From an uncultured Aestuariivita sp. (GTDB lineage: Bacteria > Pseudomonadota > Alphaproteobacteria > Rhodobacterales > Rhodobacteraceae): 39,926 nucleotides of DNA. The position numbers were made by a program, and so were the translations under genes. How positions within the stretch are numbered: position 1 is the first letter of the stretch; each line of letters opens with the position of its first letter. The notes below the pieces were generated by a model that did no database searches, had not been told where the DNA came from, and saw only the letters and a list, made by a program, of their open reading frames with translations. Below, piece after piece: positions 8,891 through 17,773 of the stretch. The stretch spans positions 1 to 39,926 of the forward strand of contig CAZNMV010000002.1 of assembly GCA_964573835.1 (NCBI GenBank). Reading direction: 5' to 3'.

Positions 8891-11800
8891 TCAGGCCGCG
8901 CGCCGCCGCCCGCCCAGCGCGGTCAGCGCATAGACCGCCAGCACGATGACAAGCGCACCGGCGAGGAACGCGCCATAGGCCGCGCCCGTCCCCGACCCCG
9001 GCAGCGCCGTGGCCAGTGGCGCGGGCAGCGCCCCGGTCACCAGCGCCGCGCCGATGGTGGCGCCGAACCATGCCAGCATCAACGCCGCGGTCAGCCCCAC
9101 CAGCGCCCGCACCCGGGCCCGCGGCGCGCGCAACGCGCGCCGGGTGGCGCGGGTGCGGCGCGTCCAGTCATGCTGCACCGCGACAAGCGCGGGCACGATC
9201 AGAAGCACAAGGAACATCCCGAAGCCCAGACCATAGACCAGCGTGATCACCGTGGGCTTGAGGAACTGCGCCTGCTGCGAGGTCTCGAACATCAGCGGCA
9301 GAAGGCCCAGAACCGTCGTCAGCGTGGTCAGAAGCACCGGGCGCAACCGGTCGGCGGCCGCGTCGATGATCGACGGGATCAGCCCGCGCTCCTGCGCGTA
9401 TTCGTCGATCGTGGTCACCAGCACGATGGAATCGTTGATGATGATCCCGGTCATGCCCAGAAGCCCCACGACCGTGAACATCGACAGGGGCACGTCCCAG
9501 ACCGCGTGACCGTAGATCGTGCCGACAAGCCCGAAGGGAATGATCGCCATGACCACCATGGGCCGCGACCAGCTGGCAAAGACCCAAGCGAGGACAAGGT
9601 AGATGCCCGTCAGGCACAGGATCAGCCCGGTCAGCGCGTCGCTGAGGAATTCGCCCTCCTGCTCCGACAGCCCGGCAAGGCGGAACTCGACCTGCCGTTC
9701 GCTCGCGATGGCGGGCAGGATGTCGGTGCGAAGCGCGGCTTCGATCGCGGCAGCGCGGGCGGGGTCGTCTTCCGAGATATCGCCGGTGACCGACACGATG
9801 CGGACGCCGTTTTCGCGCCGGACGGTGGAAAAGCCCGACCGTCTGTCGACGGTGACCAGATCGGCCAGCGGCACGTATTGCCCACCCGGCGCGCGCATCA
9901 GCGTGCGTTCGAGGAAATCGGCGCTCAGCTCGCCCTCGGGCAGTTCCACGCGGATCGTGGCGCTGCGCGGACCGTCGGGATAGGTCGCGGCCTCGATCCC
10001 GTTGAGCCGCGCCCGCAGCGCCCGGCCAAGGCTGTCGATGGTGAAGCCCAGCGCCGCGCCCTGCGGGGTAAGGTCGAGAACGATCTCTTCCTTGTCATAG
10101 GCAAGGTTGTCCTGCACGCCCGAGACTTCGGGGAATTGCGCCAGCGCCGTCTGCAGGTCGAGCGCGGCGGCCTTCAGCGTGACGACATCGGCGCCGAAGA
10201 ACTGCACCGAAAGCGCATCGCCGCCCGGCCCCGCCCGCCAGCCGCGGAAGCTGACCGTTTCAGTCAGCGGGTGATTGACGACGCGGTCCTGCAGATCGGC
10301 GACGAAGGCGAAGCTGGAATAGGGGCGCAGGTCGGAATCGATCAGCTCGATCGAGATGCCGCCCAGCAGATCGGGGTCCTTGGCATCGACCCCGGAAAGG
10401 CCGGGACCCGCATTGCCGCCGATCTCTGACAGGACATAGTCGATGGGATCGCGGCCATGCCGTTCCGCGTATTCGCGGCCCAGTTCTTCGGTCACGCGCT
10501 GGAGTTCGCGCATCATGGCCAACGTGTCTTCGCGCGTCGCGCCTTCGACCATGGCGAAGTTGCCGGTGACCGACCCCTGTTCGGGCGCGTTGAAGAAGCG
10601 CCACTGCACGTCGCCCCGGACAAAGACCGCCACCTGAGAGGCGAGGACCGCGACGACCCCCGCCAGCACGACATATCGGCCCCGGATCACCAGCGCCATG
10701 ACCGGCCGGAAGGCACGGTCGCGCACATGGCGGAAGCCCCGGTTCACGACGGCGCTGGGGCGGTCATACCAGTGTTCCTTCGCGGTATGGGCCAGCGCAT
10801 GGGCCATATGGTTGGGCAGGATGAGGAAGCATTCGACAAGCGACGCCGCCAGCACCGCGATCACCGTGAAGGGGATGTCGCGGATCAGGTCACCGAAGCG
10901 TCCGCCGATGGCGATGAGCCCGAAGAACGCGATGATCGTCGTCAGCGTCGCGGCGAAGACCGGCATGGCCATGCGCCGGGCGGCGGTTTCGGCGGCCACG
11001 TAAGGGTGTTCGCCGAACCGCCGCGCGCGGTAATCGGCATGTTCACCCACCACGATGGCGTCATCGACCACGATGCCCAGCGTGATGATGAGGCCGAACA
11101 GGCTCACCATGTTGATGGTGAGCCCCGCCGAATACATGATCGCGATGGCCGCCAGCATCGCCGCCGGAATGCCCGCCGCCACCCAGAAGGCGGTGCGCGC
11201 GTTCAGGAACAAAAACAGCAGCGCCACCACCAGCGCGAGGCCCAGAATGCCGTTGTCGATGAGGATATCGAGGCGCCCGCTGATTGCCTCGGCCCTTGTG
11301 CGGATCAGTTCGACCGTGACACCCGCGGGCAGCGTGGCCTGCATCTGGCGCGCGACATCCTCGACCACATGCTGCACGGCGATGGCATCGCCCTGATCCG
11401 ACCGGTCGACGCGCACCGACATGGCGGGGTCGGCACCCACGAAATAGGCGCGCCCCGGTCCGGCCCGCCCAGCCGGATCGTCGCCACATCGCCCACGGTC
11501 AGCTTCGATCCGTCGGGTTCCGACCGCAGGACGATGGCCGCGATGGCGTCGGGGCTGCGTTTCTCGGTGCCGGTGCGCACGCGGGCATTGGCGCCGGTGA
11601 CGTCGCCTGCCGGGTTGGCATCGACCGCCCCGGCGATGGCGGTGGCGATCTCGGTGATGGAAATGTCGTGCTCGATGAGCCGGGCCGATGGGACCTCGAC
11701 CAGCGTCTCGGGCGCGGCGAGGCCCAGGATCGTCGTGCGCGTGACGCCCGCGGCGAACAGCCGGACGACCAGTTCGTCGGTATAAAGCGCAAGCTGCTGC

Positions 11801-12267
11801 GGCGCGACGGGGCCGGTGATGACGACGTCGGTGACCCGGTCGCGCCAACTGCCCCGGCGGACAACGGGGTCTTCGGCCTCTTCGGGGAGGGTGGTGATGG
11901 CGTCGATGGCGATCTGCACGTCGTCGACGGCGCGCGCCATATCCCAGCCGGGTTCGAATTCCAGCGAGATCGTGCCGCGCCCCTCGCGGCTGGTCGAGGC
12001 CGAGCTTTCGACGCCGTCCACGACAAGCAGAACGGGTTCGAGCACCTGCACGATGCCGTTGTCCACGTCTTCGGGACCCGCCCCTTCCCACAGAACGATC
12101 ACGGTGATGTCGTCGATGATGACATCGGGGAAGAACTGCGCGCGCATGTTGGGCACGGCGGCCAGACCCAGAACCACCATGACCATCAAGAGAAGGTTCG
12201 CGGCGGTGCGGTGCCGGGTGAAGTAGGACAGAAGCCCGCCCGCGGCCCGGGGCAGTTCGCGCGCCAT
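8891..12267 (-). pseudogene. efflux RND transporter permease (AcrB/HAE family), reading frame broken by an apparent 1-nt frameshift near 11451..11460
   Basis: The N-terminal 270 or so codons are in the frame of ORF 11305..12267 (MARELPRAAGGLLSYFTRHRTAANLLLMVMVVLGLAAV...VGDVATIRLGGPDRG). The rest is in the frame of ORF 8891..12091 from ..RAYFVGADPAMSVRVDRSDQGDAIAV onward. The total span is 3377 nt, which is 3n+2, so one added base restores a single 1125-codon ORF. It may be a sequencing error rather than a real pseudogene. Confidence 0.8.
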
Positions 12268-12271
12268 GGGC

Positions 12272-13729
12272 CTAGCCCCCCATCCGGGATTCGAGCCGTT
12301 CGAGCATCTGCGCCGGGACCTTGTCCTGGGAAAGCTGGTTCAGGATGCGCGCCTTGGCATCCGCCGGGATGAAGGCATTGGCCTCGACGAAGGCGACAAG
12401 GCGGGCGCGGCGTTCCTCGGTCAGTTCGATCAGCTCGGGCGCTGTGGGCGCGGCGGCGTCAGGGCCACGCAGCGGGCGCACCCGGATGCCCGCGCCCAGA
12501 AGCGGCGTGCGCGCCTGCACCACCTCGCGGCCCGCAAGGCCCTCGGCGCGCACCAGAACCTCGTCCCCCTGACGCCGCACCAGCGTCACGGGCAGCGAGT
12601 CGAGCCGGTCTTCGGCCCCCAGCACCAGCACCGTGCCAGCAGCGTCGAGGGCCGAGGCGGGCAGGCGCACCACATCGTCGATGGCGGGTTCGGTGACGCG
12701 CACGGTGACGAAATCGCCCGGCTTGAAGCCCCGCGCCTCGTCCAGCGTGGCGTAGATGAGCCGCCCGGTCTGCACCGCGCCCGCGCCCGCGCTGTCGCGG
12801 CTGATCCGGCCCGTCGTCTGCAAGATGGCATCCGCGCCGCCGACCACGACGGTGACATCGGCGGGGATAAGCGCCCCCCCGGCATCCAAAAGCCGCCCGT
12901 ATTGCCCGGTCGAGACGCGGAAGGCGACCTCAAGCGCGCCGGGATCGACCAATTCGGCCAGCTTTTCGTTGGGGGCGACCAGCCGCCCTTCCACAAGGCT
13001 CACCGCGCTGAGCGTGCCGTCGAAGGCGGCGAAGACGCGAGTGTCGGCCAGCCGCCGTTCAGCATCCGACAGCGCGATGCGCGCGCGTTCCAGGCGCGTC
13101 GCGGCCTGATCGATGCGGGCTTCGGCCTGCGCTTCGGCCAGACGCCGCGACAGAACCGCCTGACGCGCCTGCGCGGCGGCAAGTTCCGCCGTCTCGACCG
13201 TCTGGGCCGTGCCGACGCCGCGCTCTTCCAGATCGAGCTGGCGGCGATAGGCACGGTCGCGCAGATCGGCCTGATCGACCGCAGCGGCGAGTTCGTCGCG
13301 CGCCAGCCGCAGCGCGCGGTCGGCATCGCGCACCTCGGCCTCGGCATCCGACAGATCGCTGGCCGCCCGGTCAAGCGCCGCCTGCGCCTCGGCCGGGTCG
13401 ATCTGCGCCAGAATCTGGCCTTCGGTCACCGTGCCGCCTTCAGTGAAGTCGGGGGCCAGCGCGATGACGCGCCCGCCGCTCGCCGCGCGCAGTTCAAGGG
13501 TGCGGCGGCTCTGCACTTCACCGAAGACTTCGAGGATCGGCGTCTCGCGCCCCGCGACGGCGGTCACGACGTTCACGGTGAAGACCCGTTCACGCGCGGG
13601 CGGGGCCGAGGTGTCGCGCGCCATCCTCTCCTGCACGGCGGATGTGACCATCTGGCCCGCCCAGGCGAGCAGCGCCAGCGTCACGCCGAACAGAAAGACG
13701 CCGATCAGACTTTTGCGCAGAAATCGCAT
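12272..13729 (-). CDS. efflux RND transporter periplasmic adaptor subunit (MFP/HlyD family)
   Basis: The start at MRFLRKSLIGVFLFGVTLALL (ATG 13729) gives a TM anchor, followed by a barrel-sandwich/coiled-coil hairpin region (AEAQAALDRAASDLSDAEAEVRDADRAL...). The gene ends 4 nt before the RND start codon. Confidence 0.8.
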   Translation of the reverse strand: MRFLRKSLIGVFLFGVTLALLAWAGQMVTSAVQERMARDTSAPPARERVFTVNVVTAVAGRETPILEVFGEVQSRRTLELRAASGGRVIALAPDFTEGGTVTEGQILAQIDPAEAQAALDRAASDLSDAEAEVRDADRALRLARDELAAAVDQADLRDRAYRRQLDLEERGVGTAQTVETAELAAAQARQAVLSRRLAEAQAEARIDQAATRLERARIALSDAERRLADTRVFAAFDGTLSAVSLVEGRLVAPNEKLAELVDPGALEVAFRVSTGQYGRLLDAGGALIPADVTVVVGGADAILQTTGRISRDSAGAGAVQTGRLIYATLDEARGFKPGDFVTVRVTEPAIDDVVRLPASALDAAGTVLVLGAEDRLDSLPVTLVRRQGDEVLVRAEGLAGREVVQARTPLLGAGIRVRPLRGPDAAAPTAPELIELTEERRARLVAFVEANAFIPADAKARILNQLSQDKVPAQMLERLESRMGG

Positions 13730-13810
13730 GCTACTGGTCCTGGCTGATGGTCGATAGATAGCAGGCGCAGCAATTCCGCCAACCCACAAGGGTGTCAACG
13801 CACGGGCGCG

Positions 13811-14353
13811 TCATTTCCGTCGCCGGTGTTCCTCCAGCCGCGGCAGAATTTCGACGAAGTTGCAGGGCCGGTGCCGATAATCGAGCTGCCGGCCAAGGAT
13901 TTCGTCCCAGGCATCCCTGCAGGCACCGGGGCTGCCGGGCAACGCGAAGAGATAGGTGCCCCCCGCCACGCCCGCCGTCGCGCGCGACTGCACCGCGCTG
14001 GTGCCGATCTTCTGCATCGACACGATGGTGAAGACGGTGCCGAAGGCGTCGATCTCCTTTTCATAGACGTCGCGATGCGCCTCGACCGTGACGTCGCGGC
14101 CCGTAAGCCCCGTGCCGCCGGTCGAGATCACAACGTCGATTTCGGGGTTCGCCACCCAGGCCCGCAGCTGCGCCGCGATCTCGGCACGTTCGTCGCGCAG
14201 AATGCGGCGATCGGCGACGATGTGGCCCGCGCCTTCGATCCGGTCGACCAGCACCTGACCCGAGCGGTCCTCGTCGAGGCTGCGCGTGTCCGAGACCGTC
14301 AGGACGGCGATGCGGACGGGGATGAAATCCTTGCTTTCGTCGATGCGCGACAT
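13811..14353 (-). CDS. moaB: molybdenum cofactor biosynthesis protein B (MoaB/MogA family)
   Basis: The 180 aa protein begins at MSRIDESKDFIPVRIAVLTVSDTR and contains ..VISTGGTGLTGRDVT.. and ..LPGSPGAC.. The longer track ORF (to 14719) is an out-of-frame artefact overlapping the LysE gene. Confidence 0.85.
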   Translation of the reverse strand: MSRIDESKDFIPVRIAVLTVSDTRSLDEDRSGQVLVDRIEGAGHIVADRRILRDERAEIAAQLRAWVANPEIDVVISTGGTGLTGRDVTVEAHRDVYEKEIDAFGTVFTIVSMQKIGTSAVQSRATAGVAGGTYLFALPGSPGACRDAWDEILGRQLDYRHRPCNFVEILPRLEEHRRRK

Positions 14354-14979
14354 CAGCTGCGCTCCAATATGGCAAGCCGCAGGGCCAGGCCCGCGAAGAT
14401 CGTGCCGGTGATATAGCCGAGGATGCGGCCCGCAAGGGGCGATCCGGTGAGAACGGCGCGCGCACGGCCCGCGAAGATGCCGACCGCGCCGTTCACGACA
14501 AACCCGCCGACACCCAGCACCGCGCCGAAGATCAGGAACTGTCCCAGCACGCTGCCCGCCTCGGGGCGGACGAATTGCGGGATGAAGGCCAGCACGAAGA
14601 GGATCACCTTGGGATTGGTGAGGTTCACCATCATCCCTTCGCGGAAGGCCCGGCGCGCGGCGCGCGGCAGCGTCTCGGGCGGCTCGAACCCGTGGCGGAA
14701 CGCGCCCCAGGCGAGCCACAGAAGATACCCCACCCCCAGCCAGCGGATGAGGTCAAAGGCCCAGGGTGCGGCAGCGACCGCGGCGCCAAGGCCAAGGCCC
14801 GCGACGGTGACATGCACGATGCCCCCCGCCGCGACGCCCGCGCTCGCCGCCACCGCCGCGCGCGGCCCCGACCGCAGGCCCTGGCCCAGGCAGAACATCA
14901 TGTCCGCCCCCGGCGTCAGGTTCAGCGCCAATGCCGCGGGGATGAAGGCGAGAAGGATCAGGGGGTCAACCATGGCCAA
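14353..14979 (-). CDS. LysE/RhtB family amino-acid exporter
   Basis: A 208 aa protein with six hydrophobic segments and an N-terminus LNLTPGADMMF.. characteristic of the LysE family. Its stop overlaps the moaB start. Confidence 0.8.
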   Translation of the reverse strand: MAMVDPLILLAFIPAALALNLTPGADMMFCLGQGLRSGPRAAVAASAGVAAGGIVHVTVAGLGLGAAVAAAPWAFDLIRWLGVGYLLWLAWGAFRHGFEPPETLPRAARRAFREGMMVNLTNPKVILFVLAFIPQFVRPEAGSVLGQFLIFGAVLGVGGFVVNGAVGIFAGRARAVLTGSPLAGRILGYITGTIFAGLALRLAILERS

Positions 14980-15742
14980 GCCGTGCCTTCACTTCGAGAA
15001 GATCGGCCCAGGCCTCGCGCTTGGCGCCGGGGTTGCGCAGGAGATAGGCGGGGTGCGTCATCGGCATGACCGGCCTGCCGAACCCTTCCGTCCAGGTGCC
15101 GCGCAGGCGCAAGATGCCCTGACGGTCCAGGATCGCCTGCGTCGCAACATTGCCCATCGCGACCAGGACATCCGGCGCGGCCAGCGCGATGTGGCGCTCG
15201 AGGAAGGGCTTCATCATCGCGATCTCTTCTACCGTCGGTGTGCGGTTCCCGGGCGGTTTCCAGGGAACCACGTTGGTGATGTAGGCACTTTCGGCCCGGC
15301 TGAGGCCGATCGCTGCCAGCATCCGGTCGAGCAGTTGCCCCGCGCGGCCGACGAAGGGGCGGCCCTCGATATCCTCGTCGCGGCCGGGCGCTTCGCCCAC
15401 GATCATCACGCGCGCGCCGGGCACGCCGTCGGAAAAGACCAGCTGTCGCGCCCCGCGCTTCAGCTCGCAATGCTCATAGGCCTCCATCGCGGCGCGCAGG
15501 GCGGGCAGGTCGGCGGCCGCGGCGGCGGCGCGGCGTGCATCTCCCACGGGATCGGCGGGCGGGGCGTCCACGGGCACGGACGGCGGCGCGGCCTGCGCCG
15601 GGACTGCCCGCGCGGGAACGGGGGCCGCGTCGCCCAGCGCATAGCGGTCGACGGGCGCGTCGCAGATCGCCTCGTCCGCGCCGAGTTCGATCTGCCAGTC
15701 GAGCATCGCCAGCGCGGTATGGGCGTCGATCTGCGATTCCAT
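14966..15742 (-). CDS. uracil-DNA glycosylase, family 4-like, with an approximately 85 aa N-terminal extension
   Basis: Motif A is GEAPGRDEDIEGRPFVG and motif B is HPAYLLRNP. The protein has only two Cys in total. Confidence 0.8.
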   Translation of the reverse strand: MESQIDAHTALAMLDWQIELGADEAICDAPVDRYALGDAAPVPARAVPAQAAPPSVPVDAPPADPVGDARRAAAAAADLPALRAAMEAYEHCELKRGARQLVFSDGVPGARVMIVGEAPGRDEDIEGRPFVGRAGQLLDRMLAAIGLSRAESAYITNVVPWKPPGNRTPTVEEIAMMKPFLERHIALAAPDVLVAMGNVATQAILDRQGILRLRGTWTEGFGRPVMPMTHPAYLLRNPGAKREAWADLLEVKARLGHG

Positions 15743-15852
15743 GCGCCAGAACCTAGACCCGCAACGCGGCGGGGGAAATCCCCGGCGGTCAAGCCGCCTT
15801 GCCGGAACCCGGCCCGCTTCCTATAACGCCGGAACGCAACAAAGGCGCGGTC

Positions 15853-16815
15853 ATGTCCTTTCCACACCGTCATCTTCTTGGAATAGAACCGCTGGCCCCG
15901 GCGCATATCACGGCGCTGCTGGATCTGGCCGAGACCTATGTCGATCTGAACCGGGGCGAAGACAAGCACGGCGTGGAACTCGCCGGCCTCACCCAGATCA
16001 ACATGTTCTTCGAGGCCTCCACCCGCACGCAGGCCAGTTTCGAACTGGCGGGCAAGCGGCTGGGCGCGGATGTGATGAACATGGCGATGCAGACCTCGTC
16101 GGTGAAGAAGGGCGAGACGCTGATCGACACCGCGCTCACGCTCAACGCGATGCGACCCGATCTTCTGGTGGTGCGCCACCCGCAATCGGGCGCGGTCGAC
16201 CTGCTCGCGCAGAAGGTGAACTGCGCGGTGCTGAACGCGGGCGACGGGCGGCATGAACACCCCACGCAGGCGCTGCTCGACGCGCTGACGATCCGGCGCG
16301 CGAAGGGGCGGCTGCACCGGCTGAACGTGGCGATCTGCGGGGATATAGCGCATTCCCGCGTGGCGCGGTCGAACATCCTGCTTCTGGGCAAGATGGAGAA
16401 CCGGGTGCGGCTGATCGGCCCGCCGACGCTGATGCCTGCGGGGATCGCGGACTTCGGGGTCGAGGTCTATGACGACATGCGCGAGGGGCTGCGCGATGTC
16501 GACGTCGTCATGATGCTGCGGCTCCAGAAGGAACGGATGGACGGCGGTTTCATCCCGTCCGAGCGGGAATACTTCCACCGCTACGGGCTCGATGCCGAAA
16601 AGCTGGCACTGGCCAAACCCGACGCCATCGTGATGCACCCAGGCCCGATGAACCGCGGCGTGGAGATCGACGGCGAGATCGCCGACGACATCAACCGGAG
16701 CGTCATCCAGGAACAGGTGGAGATGGGCGTCGCCGTGCGCATGGCGGCGATGCATCTTCTGGCGCGCAACCTGCGGGCTGCGCGGGCCGAGGCGCGGGCG
16801 GGGGCGCAGGGATGA
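15853..16815 (+). CDS. pyrB: aspartate carbamoyltransferase catalytic subunit
   Basis: Contains ATCase motifs: [15 protein letters not shown] (STRT), HPTQALLD and HPGPMNRG. The start is chosen at [14 protein letters not shown] (ATG 15853). Confidence 0.9.
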   Translation: MSFPHRHLLGIEPLAPAHITALLDLAETYVDLNRGEDKHGVELAGLTQINMFFEASTRTQASFELAGKRLGADVMNMAMQTSSVKKGETLIDTALTLNAMRPDLLVVRHPQSGAVDLLAQKVNCAVLNAGDGRHEHPTQALLDALTIRRAKGRLHRLNVAICGDIAHSRVARSNILLLGKMENRVRLIGPPTLMPAGIADFGVEVYDDMREGLRDVDVVMMLRLQKERMDGGFIPSEREYFHRYGLDAEKLALAKPDAIVMHPGPMNRGVEIDGEIADDINRSVIQEQVEMGVAVRMAAMHLLARNLRAARAEARAGAQG

Positions 16816-17378
16816 CGGCAGAGCTGACCGTTCCCGATCACGAACGCGGGCGGCTGCATGTGCTGGCGGTGAACCTCGCCGAGGTGGACGTGCAGGCGCG
16901 TCACCCGGGCAAAGGACCGGACGCGGTCGAACCCGATGGCGGCCTTCTGGCGGATCTGACCGGGGCGGAAGGGCTCGACCCCGCCGGGGCCGAGCTGATC
17001 CGCATCGCCGATCTAGCAGGTCTGGGCCTGTCGGGGTATCTCACCGAAGGGCACGGGATCGAGGCCGCCGCCGTCGCCGCGCAGCGCGGGCGGCTCGACC
17101 GGATCGAGGGCTATGCGCTGATCCTGCGGTCGCAGGCCTTCGCAGGGCGGGGGCGGACGCTGCGCACCGCGGATCTGACCCCGATCGCGAGCTTCGAGCA
17201 GCCCGGCACGGACTGGAGCGCGGGCGCGCCCATCGACGCCGAAAGCGCGCGCCCTTTCACCGGGCCGGGCGGCAAGGCCGACGTCACCCCGACCCCGCGC
17301 GCCGCGCGCATCGGCAGCGCGGTGGTGGCGGCGGTCGTCCTCCTTGTGGCCGTGCTGATCTGGAGCCTTCTGGAATGA
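16812..17378 (+). CDS. hypothetical protein with a C-terminal TM anchor, inserted between pyrB and pyrC'
   Basis: A 188 aa ORF with strong GC3 bias. Its ATG overlaps the pyrB TGA (ATGA), and its stop overlaps the next ATG. It has a C-terminal hydrophobic helix ([21 protein letters not shown]). No family recognised. Confidence 0.55.
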   Translation: MTAELTVPDHERGRLHVLAVNLAEVDVQARHPGKGPDAVEPDGGLLADLTGAEGLDPAGAELIRIADLAGLGLSGYLTEGHGIEAAAVAAQRGRLDRIEGYALILRSQAFAGRGRTLRTADLTPIASFEQPGTDWSAGAPIDAESARPFTGPGGKADVTPTPRAARIGSAVVAAVVLLVAVLIWSLLE

Positions 17379-17773
17379 TGCACGACATCGTCTTTCCCCC
17401 CGACCGCGCCACCTATATCCGCGCCCATGCCTGGATGGCGGCCATCGCCATGGCGGGCGCGATGGCGGTGCTTTGGATCATGGGCAACGCCCATGTCTGG
17501 ACAGGGGCGGTGGCGGGTTTGGCTGCGATCGGGCTGCGCGGCTGGTATCTTGCCTCCGAGGAACTGGCGGTGGATTGGCGGATTTCCGACGGTGCGCTGA
17601 CCGGTCCGGCCGAACGGCGCGTGGCGCTGGGCCAGATCGCGCAGGTGCGGGTGATGGCCAGCTATGTGCAGGTGATCACGACCGGCGGCGACAAGCACCT
17701 GATCCGGTATCAGGCCGACGCGAAGGCGACCGCCCGCGCCATCGAGACCGCACGCGAAAGGGCCGCGGGATGA
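17375..17773 (+). CDS. hypothetical membrane protein (2 TM plus a small soluble C-terminal domain)
   Basis: A 132 aa ORF with two N-terminal hydrophobic helices followed by about 70 soluble residues. It is coupled at both ends by ATGA overlaps, at 17375..17378 and 17770..17773. Confidence 0.55.
   Translation: MMHDIVFPPDRATYIRAHAWMAAIAMAGAMAVLWIMGNAHVWTGAVAGLAAIGLRGWYLASEELAVDWRISDGALTGPAERRVALGQIAQVRVMASYVQVITTGGDKHLIRYQADAKATARAIETARERAAG

Noticed and set aside
9170-11785. Plus-strand ORFs 9170..10429 (419 aa) and 10457..11785 (442 aa), opposite the RND permease.
   Set aside because: They are antisense artefacts, rich in Arg, Asp, His and Gly with no TM or domain signature. The minus strand encodes an unmistakable AcrB-family protein.
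8891-12091. The first ~210 residues of the 1066 aa track ORF (MGRGGSRRRGQRHRAGARTRS...).
   Set aside because: That part is out of frame with the true N-terminus of the RND gene, which lies in ORF 11305..12267. Only the portion from ..RAYFVGADPAMSVRV onward is genuine coding sequence.
12266-13747. 493 aa plus-strand ORF opposite the MFP adaptor gene.
   Set aside because: It is an antisense high-GC artefact. The minus strand has a coherent membrane anchor and coiled-coil adaptor architecture.
15743-15852. Possible pyrimidine attenuator or leader upstream of pyrB.
   Set aside because: Only a short imperfect hairpin (CGGGG-GAAAT-CCCCG) is present. There is no U-tract, no leader peptide and no PyrR-binding-like motif that I can recognise.
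15460-16755. 431 aa minus-strand ORF opposite pyrB.
   Set aside because: It is antisense to a gene carrying canonical ATCase motifs (STRT, HPTQ, HPGP), and its composition is His/Arg/Pro-rich junk.
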